DNA of 64,000 nt from an uncultured Chloroflexia bacterium (GTDB lineage: Bacteria > Chloroflexota > Chloroflexia > QHBQ01 > JADMIH01), in NCBI GenBank assembly GCA_963797095.1, contig CAWCNY010000001.1:32001-96000 (forward strand), given 5' to 3'. The translations under genes and the position numbers were made by a program. Below, one piece after another: positions 9,865-20,311 of this stretch (the stretch's first letter is position 1; each line of letters opens with the position of its first letter). The notes below the pieces were generated by a model, which made no database searches, was not told the origin of the DNA, and saw only the letters and a program-made list of their open reading frames with translations.

Positions 9865-10962
9865 CTATGGTCCCTGGCCCGTGGTTGGTGTAACAGTGGG
9901 TACCGGCACAGTAGGCGTAGCTGTGCCCACCGACTGGCCTCCGGTGTCGGTGGTGGGTGTCGCCGGGACGGTTGTAGCTCCTGTCGTGGCGGTTGCCTCT
10001 ATAGTAGCGGTGGCGGGCAGCGCGATGGTAGCAGTGTTGACAGGAGTGAGAGTGGGCGCGGATGTCGGTATCGTCGTAGCAGTTGCCGCAGGCGGGATAG
10101 GGGTGTTGCTAGGCGCGCGCGTATAGGTGGGCGCCGGCACAAAGGTAGCCGTAGCTGCCACCGTGTTTGTAGCGACAGGTGCTGTCGTAGCTGTGTTAGC
10201 AGGAGCAGTCGTGTTCGTAGGAGGCGCACCTGGCGGGTTGGTCGGTGGTAGAGGTGGGTTGGTGGGGTTGGGTGCGGGCGTGTTCGTGCGGTTTGACACG
10301 GCAGTCACAGTGCTTCCCACTGCGGGTGGGCTGCTCGGTTGTGCCGCACGTGTATTCGTGGGCTGCGTCGCGTGTGTAGCTGTGGTAGCGGGCGTCATAC
10401 GTCGCGTAGCTGTAGGTACGGGTGTTTCCGCCCCACCCGTATCGGCCGGATCGTTACTGATCTGTGGGCCGGAGTCTCCTTTGGGCGGCTGGCTATCCTC
10501 CTCCTGGCTCGAATCTGATTGCGATTCGCCCGAAATTGTAGAGGTAGCTTTGCCGGATATGCTCGTCGGAACAACTGTGATGGTTATGCTCACCATCGTG
10601 CCCTCCGGCGTGCGCGAGGGAACGGGCGTGCCCGCTCCCGGGCATCCCTCCGGTGGTGCAGGGATAATATCATCCAGGTATGTGTAATAAGCGCGTAAAT
10701 TAGCGCCCTGCGCCGTGACCAATTCATATGGCCTGTTGGGATCGCCTGTTGCGTGGCAAAGTGCGACCTTCGTTGGGCCGGGCGCGCTTACAGCTTGCGC
10801 GGTGGCATCAGGCGCAAGCGTGCCTATGGCTGTCGGGGTTGGCAGCCTCGGCTTGTTATCGTCGTTTCCGCACGCTGCGAGAATAAGGGCAATGGATATT
10901 ATCAAAATGGCGAGCCAGATTTTGTGAATATGTGAACCGAAGCGTGAAGTGGGCTTGAGCAT
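9865..10962 (-). CDS. Thr/Pro-rich lipoprotein
   Basis: Lipobox LAAC; small VALCHATG..PY domain; long P/T low-complexity tail. Confidence 0.75.
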   Translation of the reverse strand: MLKPTSRFGSHIHKIWLAILIISIALILAACGNDDNKPRLPTPTAIGTLAPDATAQAVSAPGPTKVALCHATGDPNRPYELVTAQGANLRAYYTYLDDIIPAPPEGCPGAGTPVPSRTPEGTMVSITITVVPTSISGKATSTISGESQSDSSQEEDSQPPKGDSGPQISNDPADTGGAETPVPTATRRMTPATTATHATQPTNTRAAQPSSPPAVGSTVTAVSNRTNTPAPNPTNPPLPPTNPPGAPPTNTTAPANTATTAPVATNTVAATATFVPAPTYTRAPSNTPIPPAATATTIPTSAPTLTPVNTATIALPATATIEATATTGATTVPATPTTDTGGQSVGTATPTVPVPTVTPTTGQGP

Positions 10963-11093
10963 GATGTTGTGTCCCTCTTTTGCAATTCCGTGTGCGTAGT
11001 GGTTTCAGCCAGGACGTGAGTTCGCCCACCACACCTATTGCAAATTCAGTACCAACAGCCGTTTTGCCCCTAGTCGTCCGCCTCGTCGAACGC

Positions 11094-12848
11094 TCAATTG
11101 CCCAGTACTTTGTCAGGGAAGAGGTCCCTGTACGCGAGGCCCACGTTGGCCCGTTCCACCTGGAACCCCGTGGGATTCAGCGGGTCGTAAGTTAGAATGG
11201 CGCGCTCGAATACCTGCACCGTGACCGTGCGCTTCTCGCTCCCCTTTGTCACCTCAATGGTGAAGGCTTCGCTCATCGGTAGCCCGGTGTCGTGCAGCCA
11301 GCCGCCGGGGAAGAGCCAAGCGTCATTGATATAGCGCCAGAAATAGGCAGGCACAATATGCCCGCTCCGGCCAGCAAGCCCGGCATCGAACGGCACGAAC
11401 ACAGATCCATCCGCGTTATTGACAACACCCCCAGCCGTCGAAGGAGTGGTGATGCGCGCATCCGCCGCTACCCTGCCCGCCAGGTCGCCATAAGTTGGCC
11501 CCTCGCTTCCCGCTATCTTCACATTGGCCCCGCTGCTGATCAGCTCCGGCACAAGCAAGCCATAAGCATATGCCCAATCGCCCAGGAACTCGGCGCTGTG
11601 GTCTTCCAACCGCCCCTTCTCAAAATACTGCACGTTGTCGAGCACCGGGCCAATTGGCGGCCCCAGCACCTTCTCTCCCGTAACCCGTGCGTAGTACCTC
11701 TCGAACTGCGGTCCGATTTCGTACGCTTGCGTCGGATTAGCGGTTGGCACGGGGGTGGCAGCCGGCTCCTGGCCCGCTGGCATATCGTCTCCGCGCGGGT
11801 CGACATTCGGGTTGGCCTTCTCCCACCCGCTATACGCGTCCGCCATTTCCGAGAATGTGGCCCACTGCGCCTTCCCCGACCTCACGAGCGGATCGACTAT
11901 CGTGGAGAGCCACCGGTCAAGCAAAGCATAGGGCTGGTTGCGCGCCCCCACAAGCTCGCCGGGCCTGATCGTGATATGAAACACATTCACCTTGCCTGCC
12001 TGCGCGCTCTTGAGCGAGTTTTGCAACTCCCCGGTCAGGTATTGGAAATAAGCCGCGTCACCTATCTGGTTCCGCCGCAGATCGTAGTCCACCCGGCGGA
12101 ATTTGCCGTCGGGCAGATACACAACCTTCCCCTTGGGGTCGTTGCGCGCGAAGGCGGTCAGGCCCCGGTCGCCAGGTCCCCCGGCGGGCCGCCACGGATT
12201 CACCCCAAGCACCAGCGCATCGGTCAGTTGGGTCCTGGGGTTCTGGTAATCGCTCATCACGTCCAACCCTGCTTGCGAGGCCGCCTGAAGGATGCCCGGA
12301 AATAGATACCCTCCGCTCAGGTATCGGATCGGCCCCGTCACTCCCGTTTCCTTAATGATCCCAACTTCCTCCGACAGGGCCGCGGCCCATGTATCCACCG
12401 GCAGGGTTTGTGGGTTCGCGCCGAGATGGGCATACTCGTTGAAGTGCAGCCCGATCTCGTGCCCGTGCGCCTGGAGGTCGCGCAAGATCGTGGACCCCGT
12501 ATCGGCAACTATCTGCGTGAAGGGTGTCTGTACCTGCACAGTTAGCACGCCGCTGTGCTTCTCCACAACCGCCGCCAGCAGGCGCAGCATCATCGAATGC
12601 TGGTTGAATAGCACGCGGTTGTTGTAGTCAAGCCCGTTGCCAATCGGCACCGGGGTGGCTCCCGGCACAAGCTTGCTGGGCCTGGCGCCGAACGGCTCGA
12701 TCTGCACCCCTATCCCGATCAGCAGCTTGCCCTCAGGTGCATCAACCATACCCGCGCTAGCAGAAGGCGCAGGCGCGTGCAGGCTCGATATTATGAGAGC
12801 GATAGCGGCAAGCCACCCTACCACTCTGTAGCCGTGTCTGTCTCTCAT
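11094..12848 (-). CDS. Secreted protein: NodB/polysaccharide-deacetylase-like barrel plus C-terminal Chloroflexi cell-surface domain
   Basis: Signal peptide; GHEIGLHF motif; C-terminal YFEKGRLEDH...GGWLHDTGLP domain. Confidence 0.7.
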   Translation of the reverse strand: MRDRHGYRVVGWLAAIALIISSLHAPAPSASAGMVDAPEGKLLIGIGVQIEPFGARPSKLVPGATPVPIGNGLDYNNRVLFNQHSMMLRLLAAVVEKHSGVLTVQVQTPFTQIVADTGSTILRDLQAHGHEIGLHFNEYAHLGANPQTLPVDTWAAALSEEVGIIKETGVTGPIRYLSGGYLFPGILQAASQAGLDVMSDYQNPRTQLTDALVLGVNPWRPAGGPGDRGLTAFARNDPKGKVVYLPDGKFRRVDYDLRRNQIGDAAYFQYLTGELQNSLKSAQAGKVNVFHITIRPGELVGARNQPYALLDRWLSTIVDPLVRSGKAQWATFSEMADAYSGWEKANPNVDPRGDDMPAGQEPAATPVPTANPTQAYEIGPQFERYYARVTGEKVLGPPIGPVLDNVQYFEKGRLEDHSAEFLGDWAYAYGLLVPELISSGANVKIAGSEGPTYGDLAGRVAADARITTPSTAGGVVNNADGSVFVPFDAGLAGRSGHIVPAYFWRYINDAWLFPGGWLHDTGLPMSEAFTIEVTKGSEKRTVTVQVFERAILTYDPLNPTGFQVERANVGLAYRDLFPDKVLGN

Positions 12849-12863
12849 GCCATCACCAAATCC

Positions 12864-12909
12864 AAAACTGTACCAAAGTACACCCCAAAACCTGTCCCGT
12901 TTGTCCCAC
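12864..12909 (-). promoter_or_regulatory. Conserved promoter/operator motif with GGGACA direct repeats (copy 1)
   Basis: Near-identical to 24983-25029; lies ~15 nt upstream of the 12848 start, divergent from the STAND regulator. Confidence 0.55.
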
Positions 12910-13142
12910 TAATGTCATTTAGTAAGTGAGGGCGGATCCACGCACCCATCCATTCTACCGCCTCAAGTATAACCGTATGTTCGTCCATCTGTGTTATTGA
13001 GCGATTAGCCGCGTGTAAAAGGAATGTAAAACCCTCAACGAACAATAAGACATATCCCACATGGGTAAGCGTTCTCTGTATCTCGGTGCTATAATGTGGT
13101 GCGGACGCAAGCGAGTATGTAAGCCTATCCAGATGGGTATGT

Positions 13143-15725
13143 ATGGCTGACCGGATTACTTTTGGACGCTGGTTGATGACCCGGCGGCAATCCCTCGACC
13201 TCACACGGGATGAGCTTGCCGACAGAATAGGTTGCGCTCCCATCACCATCGCCAAGATCGAGCGCGACGAGCGAAAGCCCTCTCGCCAGATGGCCGAGCT
13301 ACTGGCTGATGTCTTCCTCCCTGCCAACGAAGATCGCGAGCGATTTGTGCGGTGGGCGCGCGGAGTGCCCACCAATCAGGGGCTTCTCGAACTGCCCACG
13401 GCCCCCGTAATCACCGATCAAAGCCCCATAGATCCTGCACAGTCCCAAGAATCCGCGCAAAATCGCTTCAACAATCTCCCGTTTTCGCTCACCTCCCTCG
13501 TAGGGCGCGAAGACGATGTAGCCAGGGTGCGCTCCATACTGTGGCGCTCGGATGTGCGCCTCCTCACCCTTACAGGCCCGCCCGGTATCGGCAAGACCCG
13601 CCTGAGTATGGCCGCAGCCTCCTCTATAAGCGATGATTTCGAGCACGGCGTTTGCTGGGTTCCTCTCGCCCCTATCACCGACCCCGATCTGGTTGCCTAC
13701 ACCATAACCCAGGTGCTCAACCTGCCCGAGTCCACACGCACAGATCCACTTCGTACCCTGCGCACCTATCTTCGCAACAGGCACATGCTCCTTGTAGTGG
13801 ATAACTTCGAGCAGGTGGTATCCGCTGGCGGTCTCATCTCGGCGCTCCTGTCGTCTTGCCCCATGCTCAAAGTGATCGTGACCAGCCGCGAGAGGCTCCA
13901 CATCTACGGTGAGCACGAATACCCACTTTCCCCCCTCGCACTGCCAGGCCCCGGTTCGTCTTCTCCAAAGAAAGAGATGGGCAACGACGAAGCACCATCA
14001 GCAAGTAGCCGTTTGGCCGCTGTTTCCTCGGTAGCCTTGTTCGTGCAGAGGGCGCAAGCGGTCAGCCCCTCGTTCGAGCTAACCCTTGAGAACGAAGATG
14101 CAGTTGCCGCAATTTGCAGAGAGTTGGACGGTTTGCCCCTTGCCCTCGAGCTTGCCGCTGCTCGCGTGCGCTTCCTGCCGCCTCAAGCCTTGCTATCCAG
14201 GCTGGACAACCGCCTCGGCCTGTTGACAGGTGGGGCTCGCGACCTTCCCCCCAGGCAGCAAACTCTGCGCGGAGCCATAGGCTGGAGCTATGAGCTACTC
14301 ACTCCCTCCGAGAAAGCTCTTTTCAATATGCTGGGTGTGTTCGTAGGGGGGTGCACCCTTGAGGCGATTGAGGCTGTGGCCGGTACGCAGCCCGCCCATT
14401 TAGACGTGCTGGATGGGCTTGCCTCCCTGGTGGACAAAAGCCTCGTGCGGCAAGACGAACTGGAGTCGCAGACGGTCCATGCGCAGGACTCGCCAGATGT
14501 AAAAGAAAGTCCTTTGCCTGAGCATGACCCGCGTTTCACTATGTTGGAGATGATAAGGGAATACGCCCTGGAACAACTGGCCATCAGTGACACTGTCCAG
14601 GAAGTACGCGAGCAACATCTTGAGTATTACACAGCCCTGGCCGAGCGTGCCGATGCCTACTATTACGGGAATGAGCAGATCAAATGGCTGGAGCGTATGG
14701 AACTGGAGCGAGACAACTTTCGAGCGGCCATGAGGTGGGCGCTGGACTCCGAGCGCCATGTGGACGCCCTTAGAGTGGCTGTTGCGTTGTGGGCGTTCTG
14801 GTACAAGCGCCTCTATGTGCACGAGGGCTTGCAGTGGCTGCACGAAGCTTTGGACGGTGCCGCTGATGCTTCTCTCAAATTGCGGGCCGAGGGCAACCTT
14901 GCCCTTGGGGCGCTGATGATCGCCCAGGATGAATACGCGCAGGCCAAGCCATATATGGAGCGGGCATTGCAGTTCTATACCTTGATCGGGGATGCCGGCA
15001 GCGTTGGGCGTTGCGTGAATGGCCTTGCTCTCTCCTACCTGCAACTGGGCGATCCCATCAAAGCCGTGCAACTGATCGAGCAAAGCATAGCTGTCCAACA
15101 GGCGGCAGGCCACAAGGTCAGACTCGCGCTGGCCCATTCCAACATGGGCTACGCACTCATGCAGTTGCGGCGCTATCAGGAGGCCAGGGTCCACGCCGAG
15201 CAATCGTTGGTGCTCAGACGCGAAAACAGCGACCTGGAGGGGATTGGCACATCCCTGTTGATCCTGGGCGGGATCGCCATGCACGAAGAGCAGTACGACA
15301 GTGCAATCGTCCTGTTCGAGGAAGCGCTGGATATATGCCGCCAGGTAGGCGACCGTCGCGACGCGGCTACTGCCCTCATGGGTCTGGGGTTATGCAGGTT
15401 GAACCAGGGGCATTACGAAGAAGCGGAACCGTGGTACAGGCAAAGCCTGTCGATGTATCGCGACCTGGGCAACGAGTTCGGCATAGCTCGCGTGCTGGTT
15501 GGCCTGGCGGGCATTTTATCCGCCAGGCGCGAAGACGCGCGCGCTGTGCGCCTGTGCGGGGCCACTCTCCACTACTACGAGCCTCTGCTTACCAGGGTCT
15601 TGCCTGCCGAGTTGGATCTATACAACAAAGTGCTGGCCGATGCGCGTGCGCGCCTGGGTGACGCGGTTGTAAATACCCTGATGTACGAAGGCGGCCTCCT
15701 CGGCAGAGAAGAAGCAAGGCCCTAG
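13143..15725 (+). CDS. XRE-HTH / NB-ARC (STAND ATPase) / TPR transcriptional regulator
   Basis: N-terminal HTH; GPPGIGKT Walker A; LLVVDNFE; LDGLPLALELAAA; C-terminal TPRs. Confidence 0.92.
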   Translation: MADRITFGRWLMTRRQSLDLTRDELADRIGCAPITIAKIERDERKPSRQMAELLADVFLPANEDRERFVRWARGVPTNQGLLELPTAPVITDQSPIDPAQSQESAQNRFNNLPFSLTSLVGREDDVARVRSILWRSDVRLLTLTGPPGIGKTRLSMAAASSISDDFEHGVCWVPLAPITDPDLVAYTITQVLNLPESTRTDPLRTLRTYLRNRHMLLVVDNFEQVVSAGGLISALLSSCPMLKVIVTSRERLHIYGEHEYPLSPLALPGPGSSSPKKEMGNDEAPSASSRLAAVSSVALFVQRAQAVSPSFELTLENEDAVAAICRELDGLPLALELAAARVRFLPPQALLSRLDNRLGLLTGGARDLPPRQQTLRGAIGWSYELLTPSEKALFNMLGVFVGGCTLEAIEAVAGTQPAHLDVLDGLASLVDKSLVRQDELESQTVHAQDSPDVKESPLPEHDPRFTMLEMIREYALEQLAISDTVQEVREQHLEYYTALAERADAYYYGNEQIKWLERMELERDNFRAAMRWALDSERHVDALRVAVALWAFWYKRLYVHEGLQWLHEALDGAADASLKLRAEGNLALGALMIAQDEYAQAKPYMERALQFYTLIGDAGSVGRCVNGLALSYLQLGDPIKAVQLIEQSIAVQQAAGHKVRLALAHSNMGYALMQLRRYQEARVHAEQSLVLRRENSDLEGIGTSLLILGGIAMHEEQYDSAIVLFEEALDICRQVGDRRDAATALMGLGLCRLNQGHYEEAEPWYRQSLSMYRDLGNEFGIARVLVGLAGILSARREDARAVRLCGATLHYYEPLLTRVLPAELDLYNKVLADARARLGDAVVNTLMYEGGLLGREEARP

Positions 15726-16081
15726 CACACCTGCTCGTCGTCGGCTCGCCATGCCGGGTGTACTATGCACAGGAACACAAGGTCGTCCGGCCCTCTGTTC
15801 TCGATGTGCTGCACAGCCCCAGGCGGCACATATATTACACTGCCACCGGAAACCTCAGACTCCTCACCCTCGACGTGCATAATGCCCGCCCCTGAAAGGA
15901 TGTAATATACCTCAGACCCAAGCAGCACATGAGGCCGCGATGCCTCCCCCGCCCGAACAAGCGCATGAGCCAGACTGTAAGGCACGTCCACAGAGACCTG
16001 CGAGGGGTGCAACACCTCCCGCAAAATCGTTCCATCGCCCGCCACAAACGCAGCCATATCGGCAGCATCAATCTTCAGCAT
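15722..16081 (-). CDS. Cupin domain protein
   Basis: PH....EVYYILSG.G and VYVPPGAVQHIEN-like motifs. Confidence 0.85.
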   Translation of the reverse strand: MLKIDAADMAAFVAGDGTILREVLHPSQVSVDVPYSLAHALVRAGEASRPHVLLGSEVYYILSGAGIMHVEGEESEVSGGSVIYVPPGAVQHIENRGPDDLVFLCIVHPAWRADDEQVC

Positions 16082-16175
16082 AAGTCAAACCGGTGCGTAC
16101 TGCGTATCGCTTACTGCGTATCGCGTCCACTCGTCCCTCGTCCTCTGACTACCGACTACCATCGTGCCTCGTTCC

Positions 16176-17642
16176 TCATGGCTGCAAAACCCCTTCGCTC
16201 CTGCCTCCAACCTCTATCCGCACATCCCGCACCGTCGAGAACTGCTTCAGCGTGGCGGTGATCTGGTCGCGAATAGCTTGCACCCGCGCCGACCCTCCGC
16301 CATAAGCATTGATCTCCTCCGAGAAATCGGCGGTCGCCACTCCGTCCTTGATTATCAGGCCGCGCAGCGTCACGCGTGGCCCCCAGGTTGGCTCGCGGCC
16401 CGTGAAGTTCAGAACCTTTTCAGGCGAGGGTAAGGCCGTGCCGAACCCCGCTAGCGAAGACGGGTCGATGCCCCACAGTAGTTCCTGAAGGGCAGCCGTC
16501 GCGGGCGCGGGTGTCTTAGGAATTGCCCTTCTCGTCTCTTGAAGCTGCTGGTCGTCGTCAAGGAAATACAGTTTGACCTGCTGGCTGTCCGGGCTATCGA
16601 AGTACAACACGCTTACGTTTTGCCGCGCAATCACTTCACCCAACTCGTGCCTGAGCGTGAGCATGGCTTCGGGCGACGCAGGGCGTGGCGGCTGGCTCTC
16701 GATCAGCCAGTTGATGCTATCTACAACTATAGGGTCGCCATCTTCGCGCAGCACCTGTAGCGTGTTGGTGAATACAGTGCCATCCTCCCACCGCAATTCG
16801 GCCTCTATTTGCGTATCGTCACCTTTGAACCGCGCCACGATATGCAACGGCAAAGTGGTGACCGCACTGGGAGCGGGCATCTGGATGGCGGCGTCCGTGA
16901 CCCCCGCGAGTTGATCGGTTATCTGCACCGCATCCGCGCCGATATTGCCGCGTTCAACCTGGAAGTCGGCGGGGTTCTTCGCGTCGTAAGTCAGCACCGC
17001 GCGCTCGAACGCCTGGAGCATAATCGCTCGCGTTTCCCCGTTCTTCTCGACTGTGGCACTCATGACCTGGGTCATGGGTAGGCCCACATCGTGCAGCCAG
17101 CCGCCGGGGAACAGGTCGGCACGGTTGATGTAATCCCAGAAGTAGTCGGGCACCACGTAACCGGGGGCCGAGCCAAGCCCGGCGTCAAACGGCACAAACG
17201 TGCCATTCACCATCTTGATCACGCCTGTTCTTGAGCCGCCCACCACCGTCCTGCGACCCGGGTCGTGCGCCGCGCTCAGATTGGCATACGTGATACTGGT
17301 CGTGCTGACCGAGTCATCGGGGCTGCCTTCCATCAACTCCGGCACCAGCAACCCGTAAGTAAAGGCCCAGGCCGGGTTGTCGCTCTCGCCCCGGTGGTCT
17401 TCGATGCGTCCTTTCTCGAAGTACTGGGCCGGGTAAGTGTAGGCAAACACCTCACCTCCCACCGGGTTGCCCAGCACGCGCAATCCCTCATGCTCGTTGT
17501 AGTACGATTGGAAGCGCTGCGCCACCTCCGGGGCCGCCACGGCTATCCAAGTCGGTTGAAGCCTCTGCGGCACGAACAAAGAGATAGCGAGCACGATTGC
17601 GCATAGAGCCAGACGCGTCAAAATAAGGGGCTTGAGGGGCAT
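16176..17642 (-). CDS. Secreted protein: Chloroflexi cell-surface domain plus C-terminal GerMN domain
   Basis: AALQELLWG, VATADFS....GGS......QITATLKQFSTV..V GerMN signature. Confidence 0.85.
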   Translation of the reverse strand: MPLKPLILTRLALCAIVLAISLFVPQRLQPTWIAVAAPEVAQRFQSYYNEHEGLRVLGNPVGGEVFAYTYPAQYFEKGRIEDHRGESDNPAWAFTYGLLVPELMEGSPDDSVSTTSITYANLSAAHDPGRRTVVGGSRTGVIKMVNGTFVPFDAGLGSAPGYVVPDYFWDYINRADLFPGGWLHDVGLPMTQVMSATVEKNGETRAIMLQAFERAVLTYDAKNPADFQVERGNIGADAVQITDQLAGVTDAAIQMPAPSAVTTLPLHIVARFKGDDTQIEAELRWEDGTVFTNTLQVLREDGDPIVVDSINWLIESQPPRPASPEAMLTLRHELGEVIARQNVSVLYFDSPDSQQVKLYFLDDDQQLQETRRAIPKTPAPATAALQELLWGIDPSSLAGFGTALPSPEKVLNFTGREPTWGPRVTLRGLIIKDGVATADFSEEINAYGGGSARVQAIRDQITATLKQFSTVRDVRIEVGGRSEGVLQP

Positions 17643-17723
17643 TGATACTCCTTTGAGTGCAGATGTGGATTGTGGATAGTCTAGCAAGTGGGAGAGAAAG
17701 GCGTCAAGCCACCTATTGTGGGG

Positions 17724-18299
17724 TCAGCGCCGGGCGATTACGTGGAACGCGTGCCAGTATTTGGGCGCGCCGCTGGCGACGGTGCCCATCCTCTCCTCTT
17801 CCGTAAGCTCGATCACCTGCATATCGCTCAACAAGTCGTCGATCTCCTCGCGCGTCAGAAAGGTCATATCGCTCTCCGGTGTGTTCCAGCCATCATGTAT
17901 CCCGAAGAACTGCCCAGCGAAGATCCCGCTCGGCCATAGAGAGCTTTTCAAGCGGGCGAACGCATCATCGAAGCGCGATCTTGTAATGAAGGGAAGGGAG
18001 AATTGGGCGTTCACGAAATCATAGGTCTCAGGCTTGAACTCGAAGTCCTCGATACTCGATTGGACGGCCGTCAGCCTCTCCTGCGGTAGCTCTGCCAGCA
18101 GCGCGATGGCCTCGGCCTCACGATCCACGGCGGTGACGTGCCACCCTTTCGCCAGCAAATATCGTGTATCGCGACCCGCCCCGCAGCCAAGATCGAGCGC
18201 ATACTTCTTGCGCTGAGCCAGCGCGGCGGCCCTCTCCATCAAGGGCCAGTGCGGGTTGTCTTTGGTGGCCCTGTAGAAATCCGACCAACTTCTGTTCAT
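17724..18299 (-). CDS. Class I SAM-dependent methyltransferase
   Basis: ALDLGCGAGRD motif I. Confidence 0.88.
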   Translation of the reverse strand: MNRSWSDFYRATKDNPHWPLMERAAALAQRKKYALDLGCGAGRDTRYLLAKGWHVTAVDREAEAIALLAELPQERLTAVQSSIEDFEFKPETYDFVNAQFSLPFITRSRFDDAFARLKSSLWPSGIFAGQFFGIHDGWNTPESDMTFLTREEIDDLLSDMQVIELTEEERMGTVASGAPKYWHAFHVIARR

Positions 18300-18353
18300 A
18301 CTTTATACCCCGAGCCAGGTTCGGTGCACCGCGTGGCTCTTCCTGTTGTCATC

Positions 18354-19986
18354 TTACTGCGGCCAATGCCTGTTAGACCAGTGGACCGGATAGGTGTCGA
18401 GTTTGCCTTTGGTTGCCGCATCCAGCAGTGCATTATACGCATTCCACCGCGAAAAATGGAAGGACTGCCAATCCTGCCACTGCGTGTCCTGCTGCATTCC
18501 GGCGAGGCGATACGAAAGTTCATATGGTAGATCGTAGTTGACCTGCCCCGTAGTAGTGTCCAATCCCGCTACCAGGGCGGGCACCGCGTCATCGGACAAC
18601 AGGTAGAGATAGCGCGTGGCAAGCTCATCGTTGCGGCGCAGGTTGTGGGCGGCCACATCCGCATCCGGGTTGAGCGTATTGGCAATCACAATAAAGGCCA
18701 TCCCGGCCATGAACGCGCCGATGGCGAAGCGATCGCGCCTGAACCACATAGTAAGGAGATAGTGAGGAGCAGCCACCAGCACAGCGCGCCCAGGCACACG
18801 ATGAAGGTACGCACGTAGAGTCGGGTGGCCGTGTTGATGTAGAACTCGATATTCTCCCACACCACCATCCTCATAAACGCCGACACGAGCATCACCATCG
18901 CCAGCCCGATCATCACCGTGTTGAGCAACTTGACGTTGCGCTCCTGCCCCTCAGTCACCCGCTGCATCGCCCGGCGCAGCCCCAGGATCAGCACCATCGT
19001 AAGCAAGGCCACCATCAGCAACTCGCCGAAGCCCCGGCGCACGTACTCGCGGTACTCCTCGAAGCCCATCGTGCGGGCGGCCTCGCCCGAGAATAGCACC
19101 GTAAACTGTATCCAGGCGAACAGCGCGAATAAGGCGTTCACCAGCCCCAGCACAAGCGATCCTTCTACATAAGAAAGCCCCCGGCTCCTGAGCGCCACCG
19201 TGGGCTGGCCGCTCGCCTGTTGCGCAGCGGCTGGTGTAGGTTTGAGCGCGTGCCTAAACGCCCCCGCGATGGCCCACGCCGACCCCAGGATGATCAGCAG
19301 GCGCAAGAACGCTTCGGGCGCATCTGACATGAACCGCAGCTTGAGCAGATTCCCCACCAACCCCTCGAAAATGCTGTCGGCCTGCGATAGCAGCACCGTG
19401 AACAGCGCCAGGATCGGTATCGCGAGCAGGATGCCGCGCACTATCTCAAGAGCGCGCTTGCTGTGGGCGGGATTGGAGGTCGCCTGCCGGGCCATGCTCC
19501 CGGCCACCGGCGTGGGCCGCCGCAAGCTCTCCCTCACCATTTTCGCCACGGTCAGCGGGTAGCCGAGCAGCCCAAGCGCCTCCACCCGCCCTCCTGTGAA
19601 GAAGTAGACGAACAGGAGCAGCAGTACAAATGTGGCCCCAGGTTCGTGAGGGTAAGCTCAGGGTTGGCGCGCACCGCCACCATCCCCGCGCAGAAAAAGA
19701 GCGGCACCATAATCCAGAGGTTGCGCCACGCCACTTTCACCCGCTCCATAAGCCCCAGGGTCACCAGCGCCCCTACCATCAGGCTTACGAACAGCAGGCT
19801 CGATATACCCGCCGCCTTCTTGTAAAAGAGCACGTCCACCGACCCACCGAGCACCAGCGCCACAAGCAGGACCCGGTTGATCGATCTCCCTTCCGACTTC
19901 GCGGTAACAGCGTTATTGCCGGCACCCACAACGCGCACACGACGCGCAAGCAGGGTAGTGCGGTTTACCTGTTCACTCACAGCCAT
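18354..19986 (-). pseudogene. DUF4153/DUF4173 membrane protein split by two frameshifts
   Basis: F..LLSQAD..F, YVRRGFGEL, LSDDAVPAL, W.SF..SR across three frames; G-run slip at ~19637 and 11-nt duplication at 18748-18769. Confidence 0.75.
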
Positions 19987-20204
19987 AGTTGATCCCCTCC
20001 TGAAAGGTGGTGATGCGGGTACAACGGACCGCTAGAATACAGGTTGCGATTCATCGCTCCCTTGCTATCCCAGGACGTTGATATGGGTCGATAGTCTCAG
20101 ATCGTCTTTACTTCTATCGACTCAGGACAGGAGCAGTGAAAACCTGTATAATTAGGCTATCGGTGCCACCCAAAGGGGTGCAGCCGGTCGGGTTTTGGGC
20201 TTAG

Positions 20205-20221
20205 TAAGGAGTATGGTGTGA
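20205..20221 (+). promoter_or_regulatory. Minimal leader uORF (SD + Met-Val-stop) upstream of the ABC-F gene
   Basis: TAAGGAGT-ATG GTG TGA, ~90 nt upstream of the ABC-F start and downstream of a TATAAT. Confidence 0.55.
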
Positions 20222-20311
20222 CCAGGATCGCTCTCTAGTGATGTAAGTTGTATTATCGGTTTCAAGGCGTGGCGTCAGGCGCTTGCACGTCGTTCGTTCG
20301 CCTCTTAGAGA

